Assembly (NCBI GenBank): GCA_965248265.1
Contig: CBDFJF010000001.1
Span: 96,001-160,000, forward strand
DNA from: Candidatus Latescibacterota bacterium
GTDB lineage: Bacteria > Latescibacterota > UBA2968 > UBA8231
Reading direction: 5' to 3'
DNA: 64,000 nucleotides
The position numbers and the translations under genes are program-made. Positions 1 to 9,166 of the stretch are shown piece by piece (the stretch's first letter is position 1; each line of letters starts with the position of its first letter). Under the pieces are notes generated by a model. That model was not told the DNA's origin and made no database searches. It worked only from the letters and a program-made list of their open reading frames with translations.

Positions 1-257
1 TCAGTCTGTTCCAGGCTCTCGGAGTTGTCTCCTTCTGAAGCTACGGCGCGTATGCTTTCGTCGCTCAGCACCTCCTGTTCATTGTCGAGCCAGCGCAAAC
101 CGTCATAGGCATCGTCATTCTCCGCCTCAGTGCGCCTGTCGGGGTCAGGTTCATAGATCCCGACGACCTCGACGCCTTCATGATTTCGCATCGATTTCAT
201 TTTTCCCGCCGCGTGACCATGGGCGGTCCCGTACTGTGCCATTTTCACTGTTGCCAT
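1..257 (-). CDS. Gfo/Idh/MocA-family oxidoreductase, 5' part (runs off window start)
   Basis: Hand translation from ATG at 257: MATVKMAQYGTAHGHAAGKMKSMRNHEGVEVVGIYEPDPDRR..., Rossmann-like N-terminus typical of the family; AGGGGAG RBS upstream; absent from the ORF track because it is truncated. Confidence 0.75.
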   Translation of the reverse strand, partial: MATVKMAQYGTAHGHAAGKMKSMRNHEGVEVVGIYEPDPDRRTEAENDDAYDGLRWLDNEQEVLSDESIRAVASEGDNSESLEQT

Positions 258-447
258 TCTGCTCCCCTTACGTTGCTCATCCGATGTCACATTGCCCGCT
301 CCCGCACCACCCGGCCCGGATCACAATATAGGCCAGACCGGCACTTCGTTGACCTGCCCAGCGCCCGGAGCCATATTCGATTTCCGCCAGAAAACACCCA
401 TCCGAGCTACCTTCCGGGCCCTCCAGGGGAGCCACAGCTATAAAAAA

Positions 448-1467
448 ATGAGCAGTCTGCCTGTTTCCCGATTCCAGCACAACCATCGTTTCCACGGTAC
501 CTCAACTTCGGGAGAACGACGCGTCAGCTACGTCATTCTGCTGACCGGTATAATGATGGTGGTGGAGGTCGCCGCCGGCGTGATGACCAATTCCATCGCC
601 CTGCTGGCCGACGGCATCCACATGGGCACGCACCTGGCCGCGCTCAGCATTACCGTCTTCGCCTATTGGTACGCGCGCCGACATGAGGACGATGGCCGCT
701 TCACTTTCGGCACGGGCAAGGTCAGCACCCTTGGCGGCTTCGCCAGCGCAATCTTCCTGGCCGCGGTAGCCTTGTTCATGGCTGCCGAATCCGCTGCCCG
801 CTTCTTCGATCCCCTCGACATTCAATTCGATCAGGCCATCACCGTCGCCTGCATCGGCCTGGTCGTCAACCTGCTCAGTGCCGTGCTGCTCCGAGACCAT
901 CATCACCACAGTCACGGGCACGGCCATCATCATCATGATCACGAACACGATGATCATCACGAACACCAGCATAGTCATGAACCTGACGCCAAGTTGGGCA
1001 CCGATCACAATCTGCGCGGCGCTTACCTGCACGTGTTGGCGGATGCACTTACCTCACTGACTGCCATCATTGCGCTGTCCTCTGGCATGTTGTACGGATA
1101 TGTCTGGATGGACCCGGCCATGGGGGTCCTGGGCTCGCTGGTGGTGGCACGCTGGGCTTACCTCCTGATCAAGGAGACGGCCTATGTCCTCGTGGATGGG
1201 GACCACCACGGTGAGATTGTCGACCAGGTGAGAGCCTGTATCGAGGCGGAGCCGGAGACCCGAATCGCCGACTTGCATATCTGGCGTGTGGGGCCCGGCC
1301 ACCTCGCCGCCATCCTCTCCATCGTCACCCGCATCCCGCACCCACCCGCCTACTACAAGGAACTGCTGGCTCATAACGACAGCCTGGCTCATGTCACCGT
1401 CGAGGTCATCGAGCCGGTCGATGACGTATCGGTCGACACGACTGGGCGGCGCCGGGAAGAGCGCTGA
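448..1467 (+). CDS. dmeF: CDF-family Co/Ni/Zn efflux transporter (DmeF-like) with His-rich loop
   Basis: SIALLADGIHMGTH and NLRGAYLHVLADALTS CDF motifs, FTFGTGK, long His-rich loop; likely start ATG 448 within ORF 292..1467. Confidence 0.85.
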   Translation: MSSLPVSRFQHNHRFHGTSTSGERRVSYVILLTGIMMVVEVAAGVMTNSIALLADGIHMGTHLAALSITVFAYWYARRHEDDGRFTFGTGKVSTLGGFASAIFLAAVALFMAAESAARFFDPLDIQFDQAITVACIGLVVNLLSAVLLRDHHHHSHGHGHHHHDHEHDDHHEHQHSHEPDAKLGTDHNLRGAYLHVLADALTSLTAIIALSSGMLYGYVWMDPAMGVLGSLVVARWAYLLIKETAYVLVDGDHHGEIVDQVRACIEAEPETRIADLHIWRVGPGHLAAILSIVTRIPHPPAYYKELLAHNDSLAHVTVEVIEPVDDVSVDTTGRRREER

Positions 1468-1472
1468 CACCG

Positions 1473-2297
1473 TTGAAGGATTCGAGCCACTTTCACGCCG
1501 GCATCATTGCGCCAATCAATGCCGTAGAGAAACCCCTGTTCTTCGCCTTCCACGACGACCGGCTGCTGGTCCACCAGAACACGGCAGTGTCCCTGCCTGA
1601 GCTTGGGTCTTTCGACGAGCTCGGCCTGTCCCACGGAAGCCTACACTTTCTCGGCTGTCTTGGAGCGCAACCCTGTTTCGCCGTCGATCTTGAAGAGGAT
1701 CAGCCGTTACCCGACGGCATGGCCCTGTCGGGCCTGCGTCGCCTGTTCGGCGCGATCAACGAGGAGCTCTTTCAGATCGGTGGCCGCGCCTTCCAGGTCC
1801 TCAACTGGGATCGCACCCACCGCTTCTGCGGCCGCTGTGGCACGGCCACGGACTATCACGAGACAGACCGCGCCCGTGAGTGCCCGCAATGCGGACTGCT
1901 CTCTTTTCCGAGAGTTTCACCTGCCGTTATCACCTTGATTCAAAAAGGGGACGAGTTTCTCCTGGCCCGCAACGCCCGCTTTCCGGGCAAGCGCTACAGC
2001 ATAATCGCCGGGTTCGTTGAACCGGGTGAAACCCTGGAAGAAGCCGTGCACCGCGAGATCAAGGAAGAGGTCGGCATCGATGTCCGGGACGTGCGCTATT
2101 TTGGCAGCCAGCCCTGGCCCTTCCCCCATTCACTCATGGTCGGCTTCACCGCCCACCACGCCGGTGGAGAGATTCAGGTCGACGGTGAGGAAATCGTCGA
2201 TGCCGGCTGGTACTCGGCCGACAACCTGCCAGAGCTGCCCGACGGCATCAGCATCTCGCGCCATATCATCGACTGGTTTCTGGAGCAGCAGGGGTGA
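1473..2297 (+). CDS. nudC: NAD(+)/NADH diphosphatase
   Basis: Zn ribbon FCGRCG...ECPQCG, Nudix box AGFVEPGETLEEAVHREIKEEVG, SQPWPFPHSLM signature. Confidence 0.95.
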   Translation: MKDSSHFHAGIIAPINAVEKPLFFAFHDDRLLVHQNTAVSLPELGSFDELGLSHGSLHFLGCLGAQPCFAVDLEEDQPLPDGMALSGLRRLFGAINEELFQIGGRAFQVLNWDRTHRFCGRCGTATDYHETDRARECPQCGLLSFPRVSPAVITLIQKGDEFLLARNARFPGKRYSIIAGFVEPGETLEEAVHREIKEEVGIDVRDVRYFGSQPWPFPHSLMVGFTAHHAGGEIQVDGEEIVDAGWYSADNLPELPDGISISRHIIDWFLEQQG

Positions 2298-2938
2298 AGG
2301 CAAAGCGTCTGACCAAGGCCGAGAAGGCCAGCATCATCAGCAAAACCCTGGACGAACTCTTTCCACAGACACCGATCCCGCTCGATCACGCCGATCCCTA
2401 CACCTTGCTCATCGCCGTCCTGCTATCAGCCCAGTGCACGGACGTACGCGTAAACCAGGTAACCCCGAAGCTCTTCGCCAAAGCCCGAACCCCCCAAAAA
2501 ATGGCCCGCCTGTCAGTTAATCAAATTGAACAGATCGTGCGGCCCTGCGGACTGGCCCCGGCCAAATCCAAGAACATCTCAAGGCTGTCTCAGATTCTCG
2601 TGGAGGAACACGGCGGCGTGGTACCGGATACCCTTGAAGAATTGGAAGCGTTGCCGGGGGTCGGCCACAAGACCGCTCAGGTCGTCGTTGCCCAGGCATT
2701 CGGCCAACCGGCGTTTCCCGTCGACACCCATATCCACCGCCTGGCCTACCGCTGGGGTCTATCGTCGGGCAAGAACGTCGTGCAGACCGAGAAGGACCTG
2801 AAGCGATTGTTTCCGATCGAGGATTGGAACAAGCTGCATCTGCAGATCATCTACTGCGGCCGCCAGTACTGTCCTGCCCGGGGGCACGATCGCGACGAAT
2901 GCCCGGTCTGCAGCAAGGTAGGACGCAAGTCCATGTGA
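2294..2938 (+). CDS. nth: Endonuclease III
   Basis: LLIAVLLSAQCTD, HhH motif LPGVGHKTA, FPVDTH, C-terminal Cys cluster; overlaps nudC stop. Confidence 0.93.
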   Translation: MKAKRLTKAEKASIISKTLDELFPQTPIPLDHADPYTLLIAVLLSAQCTDVRVNQVTPKLFAKARTPQKMARLSVNQIEQIVRPCGLAPAKSKNISRLSQILVEEHGGVVPDTLEELEALPGVGHKTAQVVVAQAFGQPAFPVDTHIHRLAYRWGLSSGKNVVQTEKDLKRLFPIEDWNKLHLQIIYCGRQYCPARGHDRDECPVCSKVGRKSM

Positions 2939-2957
2939 TCAGATTAGAATCGTCGAC

Positions 2958-4181
2958 CTACCCCATGCCGGTAGCGTACCCGGTGATGGCACCGGCAATG
3001 ATCAACCAACCCGGGCTGATCCGCTGCGACAACATGATCAGCAGCGCGGCCGCTGCCATCCACATGGAGAACTCATCGACCATCGCGCTCTCCGCCAGAC
3101 GCACCAGCATCGCCCCCATCAGACCGACGGCGCTGACGTTCACAGCGTCCAGAAAGGCCGCCATCAAACGTGATGAACGCAGCTTTGCGATCACCGGGTT
3201 CACGGCAGCCACGAAGACGAAGGAAGGCAAAAAAATGCCAACGGTGGCGACGATGGCTCCTGCTGGCCCGGCAATGAGGTAGCCGATGAAGGTGGCCGTC
3301 GACAGCACCGGTCCGGGCGTGAACTGGCCGACGGCTACCGCGTCCATCAGCTGCACGCTGGTCAGCAGACCGAGATCGTGCACCAGACCGCCCTCGAGAA
3401 AGGCGAAGAGCACATAGCCACTGCCGTAGAGGACGGCTCCGACTTTCAGGAAGAACAGCCCCAACTGCCAGATCGCCACCCCCCCTGTTGTTGTCCCAAC
3501 AGCTGCCCCTGCACCCGTGGCCGCGACAGCGACACCAGCTCGGAATGCGTCGCCCGAGTCCAGTGAGTCGACTGCTCTCAGGCTCTGTGCCTCCGCTTTG
3601 GCAGCGAGTCCGCCCCACCACGCAGCCACCGCACCTCCCGTTCCTTTGACGTACACCCACAGCATGCCGATGACGGCACCACCCAACAGAACCAGGACGG
3701 GGTGGCCTTCCCGGTAGACGATGGCGGCAACGGCGACTCCAACCATGCCCAGCCGCCAATCCTTGACCGCCGACCTTCCCAGACGCCACAGCGCGCCACA
3801 GATGATGGCGACGACGACCGGCTTGATTCCAGCGAGCAAAGGTAAGGCCTCAGGCAGCGCTCCGTAGCGCACATACCCCCATGCCAACAGCCCCGTTATT
3901 GCGGTGGCCGGCACAACGAAGCAGATCCCGGCTACCAGCAACCCACGCCAACCAGCACGCTCGTACCCGATGTGGATGGCCATTTCCGTGGAATTGGGTC
4001 CCGGGATGAGATTGGTAACGCCCAGCAGGTCGAGAAAGCGCTCGCGTGACACCCACTTCCTTCTGACGACGACCTCCTCCTCCATCATCGCCAGATGAGC
4101 CGCCGGACCGCCAAAACCAAACGTGCCCAGCTTGAGAAACAGGCGCGCCAGTTGCGAGAGCTGTGTATGGTTTTGTGCCAC
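2958..4181 (-). CDS. chrA: Chromate efflux transporter (CHR family, long chain)
   Basis: FLKLGTFGFGGP, LIPGPNSTE and second repeat FLKVGAVLYGSG...QFTPGP. Confidence 0.93.
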   Translation of the reverse strand: MAQNHTQLSQLARLFLKLGTFGFGGPAAHLAMMEEEVVVRRKWVSRERFLDLLGVTNLIPGPNSTEMAIHIGYERAGWRGLLVAGICFVVPATAITGLLAWGYVRYGALPEALPLLAGIKPVVVAIICGALWRLGRSAVKDWRLGMVGVAVAAIVYREGHPVLVLLGGAVIGMLWVYVKGTGGAVAAWWGGLAAKAEAQSLRAVDSLDSGDAFRAGVAVAATGAGAAVGTTTGGVAIWQLGLFFLKVGAVLYGSGYVLFAFLEGGLVHDLGLLTSVQLMDAVAVGQFTPGPVLSTATFIGYLIAGPAGAIVATVGIFLPSFVFVAAVNPVIAKLRSSRLMAAFLDAVNVSAVGLMGAMLVRLAESAMVDEFSMWMAAAALLIMLSQRISPGWLIIAGAITGYATGMG

Positions 4182-4366
4182 CGCGCTATGACCTCCCGGT
4201 CGCCGTGTCTGCCTCCAAGTGAACGGCCGCCATCAAGGTAACCGGCCTTAACTGCGACACCAGCTCCTTGTCAGCAGGTTCGTTGATGTTACATACAATG
4301 GTAAATCACAACTGAAATCTCATGGGTAGCCGCCATGCGTGCTGTTTCGATGCAGTCAAACACCGC

Positions 4367-4535
4367 CAGGGATCTCGCGGCGCCTCGCGCAACGACTTCG
4401 ACCAGGCCATCGCCCACATCGAAAAAGGCGACATCCCCGTCGACGACCTCGTCGACACCTCCCCGCTCGAGGAGGCTATCGGTGCCTTCGACGACTCCAT
4501 CGCCAAGACCACGCAGAAAGCCGTCCTGTTGCCGC
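4367..4535 (+). pseudogene. C-terminal fragment of a medium-chain (zinc-binding) dehydrogenase
   Basis: QGSRGASRNDFDQAIAHIEKGDIPVDDLVDTSPLEEAIGAFDDSIAKTTQKAVLLP resembles an MDR C-terminus; no N-terminal part present. Confidence 0.55.
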
Positions 4536-6170
4536 TCACTCCGAAGCTTGCCCGGTCAGTCTGATCTCGATCGATTCTTCACCCATAGCGTTGCTCTCGA
4601 GATGGAGAGAGGCTGTGTGATGACCTGCTGCCAATGGTTCATACCCTACCTCGAAGGCGAGCGACTCTCCCGGCTTTACCGTGGCCCGTGAGGGTGTGCC
4701 AGGCGCCAGGTTGAAGGATGACCCCGTCAATGCGATCGTCGACAGTTCCAGCGTCTGCGTTCCGAGACTCGCGATCGTTACCCTCCTGTTCTCGCGTTCG
4801 CCGACACTCACGGATCCGAAGAGGACGATCGAAGGACTCACTTTCATGAGAGCGAACTCCTGCAGCGTGGTACGGCCCTTCGAAGCGCGCTGCAAGCTTC
4901 CCTTGCGCAGATCGAAATCCTCCTGCAACAGCTGCTGAGCTTCTCTGTAATACCCCGATTCCACGAGGGCCTGACGCAAGGAGTACCGGATCGCCCCGTT
5001 GTTCGGGTCCACCTTCTGGCCGGCACGCAGCACCTCCAGTGCCTCATTATGCCTGCCAACACTGAGCAATAGATCACCGTAGTAGGGAGCGACTTCACGT
5101 AGTCTGTCCGTCTTGAGCTCTTCGTAAACTGTGAGCAGCCGGGCGATTTTGTCCTGGTTGGGCTGGTATTCAGCGCCCAGGGGAAGAAACCTGGTGAGGT
5201 TGATGATGAGTCTGTTGGTGTCGGAGAACAGGATTGGCGGCAGCACCTGGAACCGCTCCGCGAGTTCATAGCTGCGCATCACCGGCTCCATGACGCAGCC
5301 TTCCTGAGCGATGTGGATGGCGCCGAGAACATGACCGATCTCGTGGACGAAAATGTGGGCGTTCATTTCCCGGTTGACGACAATGTTCGTCAGCACCCGG
5401 GCATAGCCGATGGCGCGGGAGCCCATGCGGGCTGGAACCGGTGGACCGATGCATACCAGCGTGAGGTCGACCTCCTCTCTCCCGGGAACACCAGTCACTG
5501 CCTCGGCAACGCCGAAGATGTCGGTTGCCGGCGCCGACCAGCGCTCGATTCTGTGTACATCGAGGGCGATGCCGAATTCCCGCGCCAGCGTCCGCGAAGC
5601 GATCGCCAATTGCGATTCGAGGTACCGCCGGGTGGGCTCTCCCGGGCCGTCCAGCCTCTGATCGGACAGTACCAGCAGCTGCAGGCGCCGGGTGATCTCG
5701 TGGGTCCTTGCCGGAAGATCCTGGAATACGTCATCGAGGTTGCCGTATGGTTCCACATGGAGGTACCTGGGTGGATCAAAATGCGGTGCACGCAGCTTTG
5801 CTTTCCACGATTTGAGTTTCTTCCCTCGCTCGGTATCTACCAGTCGCAGTTTGGCCTTAGCCGTATTCTCATAGGCCTCGAATCCCTCTACCTTTACCAC
5901 GAGCACCGCTTCAGCCCCCAGCTCGAGAGCGCGGGCACGCGCTTCCTTCTCAGAGCTCACGTAGTACTGGTCGAGGTTGTAGGCGGTATAGCCCTTTATG
6001 TTCTCCAGGTAACCGGCCAGAAACACGCTGACATCCGGTGGGATGGCATCACCCTTCTTGATAACGGTGTACACCCCGATCGAGCGCAGCTGCTGCAGCG
6101 CATCGTCGTCAGCACTCGCAGTCGAGGCCAATCCAAACAACAGGATGATCGAGATTGTTCGGCGTAACAT
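4536..6170 (-). CDS. Exported metzincin-type zinc metallopeptidase with TPRs and C-terminal Ig-like (choice-of-anchor D/ASH) domain
   Basis: Signal peptide MLRRTISIILLFGLASTASA; HEIGHVLGAIH zinc motif with Met-turn GCVMEP; TPR-like helices; VSPSIVLFGSVSVGE...LESNA Ig domain. Confidence 0.75.
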   Translation of the reverse strand: MLRRTISIILLFGLASTASADDDALQQLRSIGVYTVIKKGDAIPPDVSVFLAGYLENIKGYTAYNLDQYYVSSEKEARARALELGAEAVLVVKVEGFEAYENTAKAKLRLVDTERGKKLKSWKAKLRAPHFDPPRYLHVEPYGNLDDVFQDLPARTHEITRRLQLLVLSDQRLDGPGEPTRRYLESQLAIASRTLAREFGIALDVHRIERWSAPATDIFGVAEAVTGVPGREEVDLTLVCIGPPVPARMGSRAIGYARVLTNIVVNREMNAHIFVHEIGHVLGAIHIAQEGCVMEPVMRSYELAERFQVLPPILFSDTNRLIINLTRFLPLGAEYQPNQDKIARLLTVYEELKTDRLREVAPYYGDLLLSVGRHNEALEVLRAGQKVDPNNGAIRYSLRQALVESGYYREAQQLLQEDFDLRKGSLQRASKGRTTLQEFALMKVSPSIVLFGSVSVGERENRRVTIASLGTQTLELSTIALTGSSFNLAPGTPSRATVKPGESLAFEVGYEPLAAGHHTASLHLESNAMGEESIEIRLTGQASE

Positions 6171-6202
6171 GATTATTAACAATTTGTTATATTGTCGGCC
6201 TG

Positions 6203-7153
6203 ATGTCTACCATGATGCTGGATAAGCCTCTACACGGCGCCCGCGCGTGGACGGCCGCGACCATCGACGAACCCGCCTCCTGGCACTACGCCCTCGATGC
6301 AGACTGCCTGGCCGAACTGGATGCTCTGGGGGTGCAGGATGAACGAGGCGCTGACGGACCCGTTACTGATATTCGTATCGACGGAAGGCTGCCGGCTTGC
6401 GCGCGCTGTCTGCAACCGGCACTGGATGCCCTCGAGCAGTGTCGCGGATTCATCATCATCGATCCCCCCTCCGCCTCTTGGACCTCGGAGCAGCAGATCG
6501 CCGCATACTGGTTGCTGGGTCAGGTATTCGGCTCGCCATTCGAGCAGGATGTGGCCGGCACGCTGCTTTTCGACGTACATGACACTGGGCGCTCCGTGAC
6601 CGAGGGGGCCCGGTTCTCCGTCACCAACGCGGAGAGCTCCTTCCACACCGATAGTGCGTTCAATCCCAGTCCACCCGATTACGTCGGATTGCTGTGTCTG
6701 CAGACAGCGAAAGCGGGGGGCGAGAGTCAACTCGTCAGCGGCCTGGCTCTACACGACGAGTTGCTGACCCACCACCCGGAGGTACTGCGCACCTTGTACA
6801 GCTCATTCTGCTTCGATCGCCGAGGACAGTTCACGGCGGACGAACCTGATGTGCTGGAGAATCCGGTTTTTGTTTGGGATGGACGGCAGATGGTGCTTCG
6901 CTATTTGTACTATTACATCCAGGTCGGTCACGAGAAGGCACAGCGGCCCTTGGATCGGAATCAACGCGAGGCCCTGGACCTGGTCGAGGAGCTTGTCAGA
7001 AAGCCTGAGCTACGGGTCGAGTTTCAACTCGAGCGGGGGCAGATGCTGATCACGAACAACCGCTGGATCCTCCACAACCGCACCGCTTTCGAGGACCACG
7101 CGGAGCCCGAGAACCGGCGCCACTACGTCCGCTTGTGGCTCAGAACAGACTGA
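6203..7153 (+). CDS. TauD/TfdA-family Fe(II)/2-oxoglutarate dioxygenase
   Basis: FHTDS (HxD), YVGLLCLQTAKAGGES, NNRWILHNRTAF...RHYVRLWL. Confidence 0.9.
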   Translation: MSTMMLDKPLHGARAWTAATIDEPASWHYALDADCLAELDALGVQDERGADGPVTDIRIDGRLPACARCLQPALDALEQCRGFIIIDPPSASWTSEQQIAAYWLLGQVFGSPFEQDVAGTLLFDVHDTGRSVTEGARFSVTNAESSFHTDSAFNPSPPDYVGLLCLQTAKAGGESQLVSGLALHDELLTHHPEVLRTLYSSFCFDRRGQFTADEPDVLENPVFVWDGRQMVLRYLYYYIQVGHEKAQRPLDRNQREALDLVEELVRKPELRVEFQLERGQMLITNNRWILHNRTAFEDHAEPENRRHYVRLWLRTD

Positions 7154-7163
7154 CCCACGCGCA

Positions 7164-7907
7164 TCACTGCGAGCCTCTCCGCAAGCGCTTTATCTGCTGC
7201 TCGAACCAGGGAAAACCACTCAAGCGCAGCGCCTCTGCATAGCTTGCCAGTGCAGCACTGGTATCCCCCCTGGCCTCGGAACCGGAGGCCATCTGTGAAT
7301 AGGTCATGTACGACTCGGGAAAGTGTTCGAGGTTGAGTTCCAGCATTCGTTGCTCAGAAGCGTCCTCGCCGGCCCTGCGCAGTCGACGTGCTACCGAAAG
7401 AAGTGCGAATTCTCCAAAATCGTACACGGCTCGTCCGTAAAACTCCTCTCGTAGACGCCCGTACTCAGCCACGGAGGCTTCCACGCCCTCCTCTTCGAGC
7501 TTCACAAGCAGCACGGACTCGAGTGTGCGAGGCTTTGGTTGACCGTGGTGGCAGGTAACACACTCAACCTGCGAATCCTCGCGGCCGGCCAACGGCAACA
7601 ACTCCTCGTTGATCACCTGCGTCATCCGCATCATTTCGCGCGCAACCAGCTTCGGCTCCTTCTGGTCCGCGACATAGTCAAACTTCCCTTCGGCATTGTC
7701 GGTGTGTACATGGCAATAATCGCAACCCACCCCAAGAGCCAGCGTGAAGTCGTCCATCACCGTCATCAGATCTTCGTGATCGATGTCTAGTGGAAGGACC
7801 TGCAGATTGATCGGAATGTGGTGATCGGAGTGTGCCGGCACGGGGGAAGGCATCGCCCATGCAGTCGCCATCACCAGGAAATACAGGATAGGGCTACTGT
7901 TGACGAT
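7164..7907 (-). CDS. Periplasmic diheme c-type cytochrome (PufC-like domain) with TPR-like C-terminus
   Basis: Two CxxCH motifs (CDYCH, CVTCH), NLQVLP and AREMMRM motifs, hydrophobic N-terminus; exact start uncertain. Confidence 0.8.
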   Translation of the reverse strand: MVNSSPILYFLVMATAWAMPSPVPAHSDHHIPINLQVLPLDIDHEDLMTVMDDFTLALGVGCDYCHVHTDNAEGKFDYVADQKEPKLVAREMMRMTQVINEELLPLAGREDSQVECVTCHHGQPKPRTLESVLLVKLEEEGVEASVAEYGRLREEFYGRAVYDFGEFALLSVARRLRRAGEDASEQRMLELNLEHFPESYMTYSQMASGSEARGDTSAALASYAEALRLSGFPWFEQQIKRLRRGSQ

Positions 7908-7983
7908 CAAAGCGGGGACTGTGAGTGCGGCCCCCACAGGGGGAGGCCGCACACAAACGAAATCGACTGCTATTGTACCCTAC

Positions 7984-8619
7984 TTACTCGTGAGCGGTGC
8001 CGTCGTCGCCATGGTCGCCACCGTCGTCGTGACCCATATCGCCATGGTCGCCGCCGCCGTCATGGTCGCCGCCCTCGTCATGACCGCCTTCTTCATCCAT
8101 CATGCGCATCTCTTCTTCCATGCGAGCGATCTCGCCGTGGATGTGCTCTACTTCACGCCTTACATCATCCCCGTGCTGACGAAGCTCTTCCTGCATGCGC
8201 TCGGCATGGCCGCGCATTTCCTCGATCTCGTGATGCATGCGCTCACGGTGCTCACCCTTCTGAGCCTCCCAGTGCTCGTGCATCTCCTGCTCCATGTGCT
8301 CGCGCATCTCATGCTCGACCTGCTCCCGGATCTCATGCTCGAGTTCCTGGCGGATGTGCTCGCGCATTTCCTCCATATCCGGCATCTCACCGCCATGCAT
8401 GTCGCCCGGGGGCATGCCACCGTCGTCATGCATCGGCATCGAGGCGGCAAACTCCATGAACTCGTCGTGATCAACAGTGCCGTCTCCGTTGAGATCCATC
8501 TTGCCGAACATCTCGGCTGGATCGGGAGGATGCATTTCGCCTTCCTCATGGTGATCAGCCTGCAATGCTACACCACTACACAAAAAAGCCGAGGTCAGAA
8601 AAACTGCGAACTTGCTCAT
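7984..8619 (-). CDS. Exported His/Met/Glu-rich protein with one EF-hand
   Basis: Signal peptide MSKFAVFLTSAFLCSGVALQA; EF-hand DLNGDGTVDHDE; AAGGA RBS upstream. Confidence 0.75.
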   Translation of the reverse strand: MSKFAVFLTSAFLCSGVALQADHHEEGEMHPPDPAEMFGKMDLNGDGTVDHDEFMEFAASMPMHDDGGMPPGDMHGGEMPDMEEMREHIRQELEHEIREQVEHEMREHMEQEMHEHWEAQKGEHRERMHHEIEEMRGHAERMQEELRQHGDDVRREVEHIHGEIARMEEEMRMMDEEGGHDEGGDHDGGGDHGDMGHDDGGDHGDDGTAHE

Positions 8620-8714
8620 TTTGGTTCCTTTCTTTCCATGGTTACGCACCGCGCCAGCGAGCCGGTCTGGTTTCAGCTGGCAGCCCAACAGGCATGTGTA
8701 TGGGCGTCGGTACT

Positions 8715-8730
8715 TGTGAGCTTGCTCACA
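8715..8730. promoter_or_regulatory. CRP/FNR-family-like palindromic operator TGTGA-N6-TCACA
   Basis: TGTGAGCTTGCTCACA, about 95 bp upstream of the EF-hand gene in a divergent intergenic region. Confidence 0.5.
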
Positions 8731-9166
8731 GGTGGAGCAAAAACACCCTCCCGGGAGCATATACCTACAAGTCTGATGCGCAGTAATGTAGGGAATTTAT
8801 AGACAAATACAGTGTTAAAGATCACGCGGCCACAAACTAATCGTCATGGTACGCGAACTATTGCAGAAAACCCACTGTTGTGGGCGGAATGCCCCATTTT
8901 GCCGGGCAATTCCGTCCTGAGCGCTCGCATCCAGGTCCGATACGAAGCCGACTGCTATAGCCTCCACGTTTTTGCGCACGAACCATTCGGGAACTCCATC
9001 GCCGACCGTGTCGGTGCCCGGCCCCCATTGACGTGCACGACCTGGACTAACTTGTTAATATAAACGCAGTTACATCCCTGGCATGAACCGCTACTGGTCG
9101 ATCATCAGCAAAGGGATCGGCAACCTTTCAGGAGGCACTGGCAATGACAGCGTTGGATGATGCCGT

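Noticed and set aside
7164-7907. Evidence for anoxygenic photosynthesis
   Set aside because: Only two hemes and no pufLM or bch genes nearby
7900-8802. 300-aa hydrophobic plus-strand ORF
   Set aside because: Antisense shadow of the His/Met/Glu-rich gene; the minus-strand ORF has the RBS, signal peptide and EF-hand
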